DNA of 64,000 nucleotides, taken from IMG/VR virus record IMGVR_UViG_3300008117_000025, positions 64,001-128,000 of that record; one strand, 5' to 3'. Both the position numbers and the translations under genes were made by a program. The DNA comes from a virus. Positions 38,891 to 48,800 of the stretch are shown piece after piece. The notes under the pieces are model-generated. The model was not told where the DNA came from. It worked only from the letters and a program-made list of their open reading frames with translations, and ran no database searches. How positions within the stretch are numbered: position 1 is the stretch's first letter; the number at the start of each line of letters is the position of its first letter.

Positions 38891-41800
38891 TTAATCTAAT
38901 AAAATAAAATATGTTCTGCCTCTAGCAGCAGCTGCTGATTCATAGAATGTCCAAAATATTGATGCTTGAGAAGAAGCAGCACCCAATGTTGGGTTAGAAA
39001 AGTATGAAGCAGTAGTTAAAATTCTAAATTCACCTCTTACACTTTGGTTAGTAATTACAGCGCCACCCGTAGTACCATCAGCAGATATTGTTGTATAGTT
39101 AGCTGTTGGTGTAAAAGTAGTAGTGTTTGTATTCTCAAATGCAACCCCTCTTATAAATAAATAGTTACCACTACCACTAGTTAAGTTGGCTAAGTTTATA
39201 CGAAGAGGTTGGGAAGTACCACCAGCTGCAGAAGATGTTACAGAACCTGTATAAGCGATGGCCCGCTGATCTGTAACAAATCTCCATCCAGTTGCTGCTT
39301 TGGCAGTAATAGATGCTGTAAAAGAAGCTGTGATTGCTGTGCCTGCAGGTATATCGTATGAAGCTGTTAAATAAAATAAAGCTAATGTTGAACCTGCACC
39401 TGCAGCATCGTTTGATGAACGTTCTGATATTTTTGACCATGTATTTCCTATTCCTGCAGCATCAACTGAACCGTTTGAATTAAGTTTGATGATACGATTT
39501 GGTTGTGGGGAGAATGAAGCAGAGTATGTTGTAAAACCACCTACTGCTATGATATCATCATCGGAGTGGATGTAATAATCTTCTACGTCTACTGCTGCGC
39601 CGAAGCCAGAACCTATGTTGAATGTAGTGTCTCTTGATCCACTTAATGATAAACGAACAGAACCACTAAATGTTGAACCAGAGAATTGAGTAAATGTACC
39701 TCCAATTAAAAGAGTATCTTCAGATGAGAAATATTCTTCAGTGCAAGAAACAATGGTTGGAGTACCTCCTCCAAAAGCTAAACCTGCATCTTGAGTGCCA
39801 GCTCCTGCTAATTGAATTCTACCAGTAATTAAAGCACCACCTGCTGTCCAAGTAGACCCATCATATTCTTCTGTACAACTTAGACTAGGAGATATAGCAT
39901 CTCCTCCTCCTACAGCTAAAGCGGCGTTTTGTGTACCTGCCCCTGCTAAACTATTTCTAGCAGTAATTAAAGTACCACCTGTTGCCCATGAAGTACCATC
40001 ATATTCTTCGGTACATGATACTGCAACTGAAACAAATCCACCAAAAGCAACAGCAGCATTTTGGGTGCCATCACCATTTAAATATTGTCTAGCAACTATT
40101 AAGTTCCCTCCGGCTGTCCAGGTAGAACCATCATATTCTTCTGTGTTATTTATGCATGCAGGAGCCGGTGCCCCAATACCTCCACCCATAACTAAAGCAG
40201 CATTTTGGATTCCTGCACGACCCATAAGCGCTCTAGCAGTAGCCATAGTTCCACCTGAGGCCCAAGTAGATCCATTATATTCTTCACTAATTCCTGTAGC
40301 TGTATTAGGTCCAACAAGAAGTCCACCAGCTACTAGAGCAGCATTTTGAGTACCCATACCTACTAACCAATATCTTGAGGTAATTAAATTACCTCCTGAA
40401 GACCAGGTAGACCCATTATATTCTTCTGCAAGATTACCAGCTGGAACACCTGGACCTCCACCAGCTGTTAAAGCAGCATCTTGGGTTCCGGTGCCGGCAG
40501 CAACTTCTCTAGCAGTAATTAAAGCGCCTCCTGCCGTCCAAACATCAACACCACTAGAAGGATAATTCACAACAACACTCCCAGTGTTATTCAATCCAGC
40601 ACCAATAGAAGCAGAAAATGCAGTATCTAATGTTCCATCAGTATTAATTTTTACTATACGGTTTATATTTGAACCGGAGTATGCTGTAAACGCTCCTACA
40701 GCAACGATGCTGTTGTCTGGTAGAACAGCGATGCTGTTGGCGGCTGCGTTGAAGCCTGCGCTACCTATGTTGAATGATGATGTTGAGATGAGGTCACCGG
40801 TAAGTGCATTGAGGAGAGCAATACGGTTACGTGTTGAGCCTGAGACTGAGGTGAAATTGCCTACTGCAAATAAGGAGGGGCTGTTATATTCTTCAGTACA
40901 AGTAAGAACCCCAGAAAATCCCCCACCAACTGCTAATGCTGTGTTTTGAGTGCCTACACCTGCTAGACTAAATCTATAAGTAATTAAATTATTACCATTC
41001 ACCCAAGAAGTACCATCATATCTTTCTGTAGAAAATTGTGTAATTGGTGTTTGAGATGATCCTCCAAATGCAAGAGCTGCATTTTGAGTACCTGCTCCTC
41101 CTAAATCAGTTCTAGCACAAGCCATAGTACCACCGGCTATCCAAGAGGTACCATTATATTCTTCTGTGCATGATAAACGAATTGTTGGACCCACCTGTGA
41201 AAATCCTCCAAATGCTAAGGCTTCATTTTGAGTACCTACACCTCCTAAATACCCCATAGCAGTAATTAAATTACCACCTGTTGTCCAAATAGACCCATTA
41301 TATTCTTCTACACTAGACCCAGCAGGTGTAAATCCACCAATAGCTAATCCTGCATTTTGGGTGCCTGCTCCTGCTGAAGCAAATCTAGAAACAATTAAAT
41401 TACCGCCTGCTGTCCAAGTAGAACCATCATATTCTTCTGTGCATGATACTGTTGTTGGTGTTTGTCCTCCAAAGGCTAGGCCTGCATTTTGAGTGCCGGC
41501 GCCTGCTAGATTATCTCTAGCATTAATTAAAGCACCACCTGCTGTCCATATAGAACCATTATATTCTTCAGTGCAGGATACTGCTACTGAGGGAAAACCT
41601 GTGCAATCTCCACCAAAAGCTAAAGCTTCATTTTGAGTGCCGGCGCCTGCTAGATTATCTCTAGCAGTTATTAGAGCTCCTCCTGCTATCCAAGCACCGC
41701 CATTATAAAATTGATAACATCTTACATCAACCGGACTAAAGCCATCGCCTATATTGAATGATGTATCTATAGCTCCACCTCCATCAATACGAGCACTACC

Positions 41801-44089
41801 ACTGTAGGTAATACCGTTGTAGCTGGTGAAGGCGCCGCCGAAGATGAGTTTGTTTGTGTATGTTGTACCAGTAATAGTATATTCTTCGGTGCATGCTACT
41901 GTAACGGGAACTGGTGTTGCTCCACCAAAAGCTAAAGCAGCATTTTGGGTACCGGCTCCTGCTAATGAACTTCTAGCAGTAATTAAAGTACCTTTTGCTG
42001 TCCATGAAGTTCCGTTGTATTCTTCTGTGCATCTGAATGTTAAACTTATAGTACTTCCACCAAAAGCTAATGCTTCGTTTTGTGTCCCAGCACCTGCTAA
42101 GCCTGCTCTGGCAACGATTAGTGTTCCTCCGGCTGCCCAAGTAGATCCGTTATATTCTTCTGTGCATCCTATTCGGATTCCTAGTGTATCTATTCCTCCA
42201 AAGACTAAAGCTGCATCTTGAGTGTCGGCACCTACTAGGCCAGATCTAGCAGTAATTAAAGTACCTCCTACTGTCCATGAAGTACCGTTGTATTCTTCTG
42301 TGCATGCGGTATTGGTAGGAGATACAAATCCACCAATAGCTAAAGCGGCGTTTTGTGTACCTGCCCCTGCTAAACCATTTCTAGCAGTAATTAAAGTACC
42401 ACCTGTTGCCCATGAAGTACCATCATATTCTTCTGTACAGGACAAACTTGTTGGATTATTTCCACCAAATGCTAATCCTGCATTTTGAGTACCGGTGCCT
42501 GCTAAGCTTGATCTGGCAACGATTAGTGTTCCTTCGGCTGCCCAAGTAGATCCATTATATTCTTCTGTACATGTTACATCTGCTGGGTTTGATCCTCCAA
42601 AAGCTAATGCTTCGTTTTGTGTCCCAGCACCTGCTAAGCCTGCTCTGGCAACGATTAGTGTTCCTCCGGCTGCCCAAGTGGCACCACCAACATATCCACC
42701 AGCAACATCTTGTACAATTATAGTACATACAGTATTATCAAAACCAGTACCTACATTAAATGATGGATCTTCAGTACCGTCTGGGTTAAGGCGAATAGCA
42801 CCATTAGGTATAGTGCCTACTGCTATGATTTTGTCTGAGATGCAAGTGGATGTTGTTGTGGCTGTGTATTCTTCTGTGCATGCGGTATTGGTAGAAGATA
42901 CAAATCCACCAATAGCTAAAGCTGCATTTTGAATACCAGCTCCAATATTAGCAGATCTAGCAGTGTTAAAAGTAACACTTATTGTTGACCAAGTAGTACC
43001 ATTATATTCTTCTGTGCATGTAGCAGGGGCTGTGCCGCCAAAGGCTAAAGCTTCATTTTGAGTACCAGCTGCCGCTACAATTCTAGCAGTATTCAAAGCA
43101 CCACCAGTTGACCAAGAAATACCATTATATTCTTCTGTACATGTTCTTGCGATTGGTGTTCCACCACCGATAGATAAGGCTGCATTTTGGGTTCCTGTAC
43201 CTGTTGCAGAATTTCTAAATGAATTAATTATGCTACCACCAGTAGTCCAAGAAGTACCATTATATTCTTCTGAAAGTCCTGGTGAGCTAGCAAGAATACT
43301 TAATCCAGCATTTTGGGTGCCTGTTCCTGCTGCATCATATTTAGCAATAGTCATTGCTCCTCCAGCTGCCCAAGTAGATCCATTATATTCTTCCGTAATA
43401 GTTTGTTGTGTAACTGCTGGGAGTGTAGTAGTTCCTCCTGCAGCTAAGGCTGCATTTTGGCTGCCAGCTCCTCCTATATATGATCTAGCAGTAATTAAGT
43501 TACCTCCTGCAGACCATGCAGATCCATTATATTCTTCAGTTAGATTACAAACAACCGAGCTGAGATCGCCTCCAAAAATTAAAGCTGCATTTTGAGTACC
43601 AGCGGATGTAAGATCTGCTCTAACATTAATAAATGCTCCTCCTACACTCCACACTCCGCTTCCACTATAATAAGACCCAGTTACATTAGGTTGTATAGCT
43701 AATTTAAAAACGGAGCCATCAACTAATCTATAATTAGGAATAAAACTAGTATCTAAAGTTCCATCTGTATGTAAACGAACAATATTAGGAGCATCTTGTC
43801 CATTATAAGTAGTAAAAGCACCACCAACCAATATTTTACCATCTGATTGTGATACTATTGAATATGCTGTATTATTAAAGCCTGTACCCTGCTGAAAGTT
43901 ATAGTTAATAGCGTTATCCCTTACACTAGTAACAAAGTTTGTTGCTGTACCTGCTGCTGAGTTATCTGCTGCAATAAACAATACTGCCAAATCACCAGAC
44001 CGTATAGCTTGTGAAGAAGTAAATGCAAGCGTTGTACCTGCAATTTTATTGTTAGTTGCTGCAAAGGATCCTGAACTTACTATTGCCAT
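38891..44089 (-). CDS. multi-beta-propeller virion/fibre protein: 7 delta-60-like blades carrying 4 inserted six-repeat Kelch-like cassettes
   Basis: 24 repeats of W..GG.L..AR..LAG.GTQNAALAFGG...CTEEY and 7 repeats of GF...V..I....KI..GG.FT.Y.G....RL..DG..D.SF. Confidence 0.85.
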   Translation of the reverse strand: MAIVSSGSFAATNNKIAGTTLAFTSSQAIRSGDLAVLFIAADNSAAGTATNFVTSVRDNAINYNFQQGTGFNNTAYSIVSQSDGKILVGGAFTTYNGQDAPNIVRLHTDGTLDTSFIPNYRLVDGSVFKLAIQPNVTGSYYSGSGVWSVGGAFINVRADLTSAGTQNAALIFGGDLSSVVCNLTEEYNGSAWSAGGNLITARSYIGGAGSQNAALAAGGTTTLPAVTQQTITEEYNGSTWAAGGAMTIAKYDAAGTGTQNAGLSILASSPGLSEEYNGTSWTTGGSIINSFRNSATGTGTQNAALSIGGGTPIARTCTEEYNGISWSTGGALNTARIVAAAGTQNEALAFGGTAPATCTEEYNGTTWSTISVTFNTARSANIGAGIQNAALAIGGFVSSTNTACTEEYTATTTSTCISDKIIAVGTIPNGAIRLNPDGTEDPSFNVGTGFDNTVCTIIVQDVAGGYVGGATWAAGGTLIVARAGLAGAGTQNEALAFGGSNPADVTCTEEYNGSTWAAEGTLIVARSSLAGTGTQNAGLAFGGNNPTSLSCTEEYDGTSWATGGTLITARNGLAGAGTQNAALAIGGFVSPTNTACTEEYNGTSWTVGGTLITARSGLVGADTQDAALVFGGIDTLGIRIGCTEEYNGSTWAAGGTLIVARAGLAGAGTQNEALAFGGSTISLTFRCTEEYNGTSWTAKGTLITARSSLAGAGTQNAALAFGGATPVPVTVACTEEYTITGTTYTNKLIFGGAFTSYNGITYSGSARIDGGGAIDTSFNIGDGFSPVDVRCYQFYNGGAWIAGGALITARDNLAGAGTQNEALAFGGDCTGFPSVAVSCTEEYNGSIWTAGGALINARDNLAGAGTQNAGLAFGGQTPTTVSCTEEYDGSTWTAGGNLIVSRFASAGAGTQNAGLAIGGFTPAGSSVEEYNGSIWTTGGNLITAMGYLGGVGTQNEALAFGGFSQVGPTIRLSCTEEYNGTSWIAGGTMACARTDLGGAGTQNAALAFGGSSQTPITQFSTERYDGTSWVNGNNLITYRFSLAGVGTQNTALAVGGGFSGVLTCTEEYNSPSLFAVGNFTSVSGSTRNRIALLNALTGDLISTSSFNIGSAGFNAAANSIAVLPDNSIVAVGAFTAYSGSNINRIVKINTDGTLDTAFSASIGAGLNNTGSVVVNYPSSGVDVWTAGGALITAREVAAGTGTQDAALTAGGGPGVPAGNLAEEYNGSTWSSGGNLITSRYWLVGMGTQNAALVAGGLLVGPNTATGISEEYNGSTWASGGTMATARALMGRAGIQNAALVMGGGIGAPAPACINNTEEYDGSTWTAGGNLIVARQYLNGDGTQNAAVAFGGFVSVAVSCTEEYDGTSWATGGTLITARNSLAGAGTQNAALAVGGGDAISPSLSCTEEYDGSTWTAGGALITGRIQLAGAGTQDAGLAFGGGTPTIVSCTEEYFSSEDTLLIGGTFTQFSGSTFSGSVRLSLSGSRDTTFNIGSGFGAAVDVEDYYIHSDDDIIAVGGFTTYSASFSPQPNRIIKLNSNGSVDAAGIGNTWSKISERSSNDAAGAGSTLALFYLTASYDIPAGTAITASFTASITAKAATGWRFVTDQRAIAYTGSVTSSAAGGTSQPLRINLANLTSGSGNYLFIRGVAFENTNTTTFTPTANYTTISADGTTGGAVITNQSVRGEFRILTTASYFSNPTLGAASSQASIFWTFYESAAAARGRTYFILLD

Positions 44090-44102
44090 AACTTGTTTAT
44101 AA

Positions 44103-45818
44103 TTATTTTATAAAATCAACTTGCACACCTATTTCTGTTAGAGAACCAGTAAAGTTTACTATATTAAAATATAATGTATCTCCTATATTAAAATTTGTAT
44201 TTTGTAATGTTGAGCTTGATACCCAAGATCCAGTTATGTTAACGGAAAGGTTTGAAGCTAACAAAGTAGTTGCAGCAGTATTTTTAAATGCATTTACTAC
44301 TAAACCAGATCCACTATCTCTAAATCCTGCTACTAAACTAGCTGTGCAGGTAAATGGAGCTCTCCATCCTACAAATGAGCCTGTATCGGATTGAGCAACA
44401 AGGCTATTATTAATTATGACAATTGATTTAGAGAAGCTAGTAAAACCAGCACTTATACCACTGGTACCACTACTTCCTGTTTGACCACTAGTGCCGCTTG
44501 AGCCTGATGTAATACCAGGAGCGGATGTGCCTGAGGTGCCACTTGAGCCTGTTTGACCGCTTGTACCGCTTGAGCCTGTTTGACCTGAGGTGCCGCTTGA
44601 CCCTCGTGTGCCACTAGTGCCGCTTGATCCGCTTGTTCCGCTTGAACCATTTTGACCAGAAGTACCACTTGAGCCAGTTTGACCAGAAGTACCGCTTGAA
44701 CCTGTTTGACCGCTTGTACCACTTGAACCGGTTTGACCTGAAGTACCGCTTGAACCTGTTTGACCACTTGTGCCGCTTGAGCCTGTTTGGCCTGAAGTGC
44801 CGCTTGAGCCAGTTTGACCGCTAGTACCACTACTGCCTGTTTGACCACTTGTGCCACTCGAGCCAGTTTGACCGGAGGTACCGCTTGAACCTGTTTGACC
44901 GGAGGTACCGCTTGAACCTGTTTGACCTGAGGTGCCGCTTGAGCCATTTTGGCCTGAAGTACCGCTTGAGCCGTTTTGGCCACTAGTACCACTTGAGCCT
45001 GTTTGACCAGAAGTGCCACTTGAACCGTTTTGGCCGCTAGTACCGCTAGAACCTGTTTGACCGCTTGTGCCGCTTGAGCCATTTTGGCCTGAGGTGCCGC
45101 TTGAACCATTTTGACCAGAAGTGCCACTTGAGCCTGTTTGACCACTAGTACCACTAGAGCCATTCTGACCTGAGGTGCCACTTGAGCCTGTTTGGCCGGA
45201 GGTGCCACTTGAGCCTGTTTGGCCGGAGGTGCCACTTGAGCCTGTTTGGCCGGAGGTGCCACTTGAACCGTTTTGGCCGCTAGTGCCGCTTGAACCGTTT
45301 TGGCCTGAGGTACCGCTAGAGCCTGTTTGGCCGCTTGTGCCGCTTGAACCATTCTGGCCTGAGGTGCCACTTGAGCCTGTTTGGCCGGAGGTGCCACTTG
45401 AACCGTTTTGGCCGCTAGTGCCGCTTGAACCTGTTTGGCCGCTTGTGCCACTTGAGCCTGTTTGACCTGAGGTGCCGCTTGACCCCCGTGTGCCACTAGT
45501 GCCGCTTGAACCGCTAGTACCACTTGAACCATTTTGGCCTGATGTGCCAGAAGAGCCTGCAGTACCACTAGTTCCACTAGTAGCAGCTGTATATGAAGTT
45601 CCGTTTATATTGAGAGAACCAGTTATGTTTACTGAGCCCGTAAATTGATGTGTGTTACTTGATAGGCTACCAAAGCGAGTAGATCCTGTTACAAAATCAA
45701 TAGATGAAGTTATTGTTTGTACATTAAGTGTTTGAGCAGTAATTGTATTAGTTACAACTACACTACCTGTAACACTTAAATCGTTAAAACTACCCGAATC
45801 TGTATAAAATATTGGCAT
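44103..45818 (-). CDS. collagen-like (Gly-X-Y, Ser/Thr-rich, Pro-free) fibre protein with C-terminal globular domain
   Basis: (GSSGTSGQT/N)n tract; N-terminal HQFTGS module shared with the neighbouring fibre gene. Confidence 0.82.
   Translation of the reverse strand: MPIFYTDSGSFNDLSVTGSVVVTNTITAQTLNVQTITSSIDFVTGSTRFGSLSSNTHQFTGSVNITGSLNINGTSYTAATSGTSGTAGSSGTSGQNGSSGTSGSSGTSGTRGSSGTSGQTGSSGTSGQTGSSGTSGQNGSSGTSGQTGSSGTSGQNGSSGTSGQTGSSGTSGQNGSSGTSGQNGSSGTSGQTGSSGTSGQTGSSGTSGQTGSSGTSGQNGSSGTSGQTGSSGTSGQNGSSGTSGQNGSSGTSGQTGSSGTSGQNGSSGTSGQTGSSGTSGQNGSSGTSGQNGSSGTSGQTGSSGTSGQTGSSGTSGQTGSSGTSGQTGSSGTSGQTGSSGTSGQTGSSGTSGQTGSSGTSGQTGSSGTSGQTGSSGTSGQTGSSGTSGQNGSSGTSGSSGTSGTRGSSGTSGQTGSSGTSGQTGSSGTSGTSAPGITSGSSGTSGQTGSSGTSGISAGFTSFSKSIVIINNSLVAQSDTGSFVGWRAPFTCTASLVAGFRDSGSGLVVNAFKNTAATTLLASNLSVNITGSWVSSSTLQNTNFNIGDTLYFNIVNFTGSLTEIGVQVDFIK
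44523..45575 (-). repeat. tandem 27-nt coding repeat, about 117 uninterrupted Gly-X-Y triplets
   Basis: Units GGN TCN AGY GGN ACN WSN GGN CAA A(C/A)N with synonymous variation. Confidence 0.92.
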
Positions 45819-45834
45819 GATCTAATATAAATAT

Positions 45835-48800
45835 TTAATTAGTTTCCCCATATGCTGTTGCTATCCAATATGTTGTTCCTGCTAATCCTACATTACTATT
45901 TGCATTTATAACAAAGCTACCAGATACTTTACTTTCTACAGTCCATGTTCTTGAATCTTCGCCTGTTATAACTACAGCATAGTTTGCATCAGCAAAAGCT
46001 GCAGCAAAAGTTATAGTTGATTTTCTAGGATTACCAGCAAAGGATCCTGCAGCTACTGATCCTGCTTTTGTTTTTAATCCAGAAACACCAGCATTTAAAG
46101 CATAAGAAGCAGTTGTTGCAAACGAAGCAGTACCTAATAATGAACCTGTAAAGTTAGTAGCAATTATTGAACTAGTTACATTCAAAATACCACCCGTAAA
46201 GCTCATACTTACAGATGCTGTTGCTGCATTAACTGTACCGTCTGATAATAGTATTCTTCCTGTAGCAGGACTATTAATTGTATTAAAACCAGTACCAGCA
46301 GTACCTGAGGAGCCACTTGTACCAGTAGAGCCTGATGTGCCACTAGAACCAGAAGTGCCAGATGAACCTGAAGTACCACTAGAGCCGCTTGTACCACTGG
46401 TGCCACTTGAGCCACTTGTGCCACTTGTGCCACTTGAGCCGTTTTGGCCTGAGGTCCCACTTGAGCCGCTTGTGCCAGACGATCCATTTTGACCACTAGT
46501 GCCACTAGATCCACTTGTACCACTTGAACCACTAGTACCTGATGAGCCAGATGTACCTGCTGTGCCTGAAGTACCAGTAGTTCCTGAAGTACCGCTTGTA
46601 CCTGTAGTACCTGATGTGCCACTAGTTCCACTAGTTCCTGAAGTAGCAGCTGTATAGGAAGTTCCGTTTATTGTAAGAGAACCTGATATATCTAAGCTGC
46701 CGCTTACTATAAAATTATTTGAAAATGAAGATGTTGCAGCATAGGATGCAGATGCAGGAATACCATTTACCCACAAACCAGCATTATAAACTAATGCTTG
46801 TCCTGTTGAAGGAGAAGAAATAGTTACATCACCTAAATCATTTAAGTTTGTTACTGCAGCACCACCACCACCTGAGGATCCGGCTGTGTTTCTGAATAGG
46901 CCAGCTTGGATTATTTTATTATTTGCTGTATCAGATAAATCAGTTGTATCACCTTTAGCAATAATGTAACCAATAAACGGTAATGCTAATTGACTAGTTG
47001 GTGATTCAACAAATTCTTCTGTTGTAATACTTTGAAGTGCTGTTGAAAGATTGTCATAAACATTTTGACCATAATAGACATATGATAAATTATTAACAAC
47101 ACCCTGGAATACTCTTTGTATTGTCCATTGACTTGCACTTACTGTTTGAAGTGTACCAGATCCATTGTCGTATTTAGTAGGATCAATAACTGTATAAGGA
47201 ACACCAGCATTAGTTGCAGCTCTATATCCCCCTGTTACTCCTGGATCTCTGTATACCCTAACTAAACTACCAGTAGCAATAGTAGTAGAATCATAAATTG
47301 AAGGTGAAGTTGGATTTTGACTATAAAAACCACCATAGCGATATGCTTGTCCAGAAGCAATACTAATTCTTAAACTGCTTGTTTGTGGAGTAATATCAAA
47401 TCCACTTATTTTTAATGGACCAAATGCTCTAACAAACTGATTTGATTGTTCTGATTGGCCATATGTTGTTACACGAGCATCAGCAAATGAACTAATACTT
47501 GATGTTGTTAAATTAAATATATAACCTAATGGGAATTGTTCATTATATTGTTGAGGAGTAAATGGAGAAGTTTGTTGTATTAAACTACCATTTGAATCAA
47601 TTAATAGATAAGTTACTTGAGATGAAGTTATATATTGAGCACTAGCTGTTATAGGGCCAAATTGAACATAGGTTGGATTTGTACTATTGTGTGAGCTGGT
47701 AATAGCATTGTGATCTATAATTAGACCAGCACCTGGTGTGACATAAAGTATAGAGCCGGAGAATGTGGTAACGCCACCCCAAACAATACCAGTATCAGTT
47801 CTTTCTTCTAACCAGTGTGTTTCCCAAAGAGCACTATTGTTTCTATAATGTAAATTTGGTATAGTATCATCTAAAGAAGAAGTTACAAAGAAATAAGATG
47901 AAGATACATTTGATCCACCTGGGTCAGTTCCAGGTTTTAATTCTAAATAGTTTCTAATTGCAAATATATTTGCAGAAGAAGCTGTTGAAGCAAAACTAGC
48001 TGTTGTTGCTGTAGCAGCATTACCACTTATAGATGCACTAATATATGATTCATTCTCCCATTTAGTAGAAGTAGAATTATATACTAATGCTTGACCGTCT
48101 GTAGGTCCTGATATCATTACATCAGATAAATCTACTAAACGAGTAGTTATTACTGATCCACCACCACCTGATCCTCCTACTGATCTAAATAGACCTCCAG
48201 GTACGATCGTGAAGTCATTAGCATTTGTAAATACACCACTTCCGTTAATTATAACAGCACCTAGATAAATTGCATTAGCAGCTGTATTAGGAGCTTCTAC
48301 GAATGGTTCTATGTTTATATTTGCAATAGCTTCAGATTCTGAACCGTAATAAGCATTACCATAATAAACAACTATTGCTTTAGCTACACTATTAGGAAAC
48401 CAGAATACTCTTTGAATAGTCCAGTTTAAATTTGCAGGTGGAGGTACTGCTGTTAATGTACCATTATTAGAATATTGTGTAGGGTCAATTGATGTAAATC
48501 CAGCTCCTCCGTTAGTTTGATAAACCCAAGTAGATCCTGATTGATAATATCTGTATATTTTAGAAATACTAGTTCCTGAGTCAACAGCATATGATGGTTC
48601 GTTTGGATCTATAGTATAATTAGATCCTGGAGAATAAGCGGTACCACTACCTACTACTAAACCACCTGTAGAAGATCCACTAGGTGTTAAAGTAAATCCT
48701 GATAATTTTAATGGACCAAACGCTCTATTGAATATATTTTGTGATTGTTCAAAACCATATGCTACAGAAGGCTGTGTTTTGACAGCATTAATTGTAGATC

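Noticed and set aside
38891-44089. Diversity-generating retroelement TR/VR pair
   Set aside because: Duplicates are near-identical coding segments without adenine-specific mismatches; no reverse transcriptase in the window
44523-45575. Possible CRISPR array or non-coding satellite
   Set aside because: No unique spacers; variation is synonymous within an intact reading frame; no cas genes
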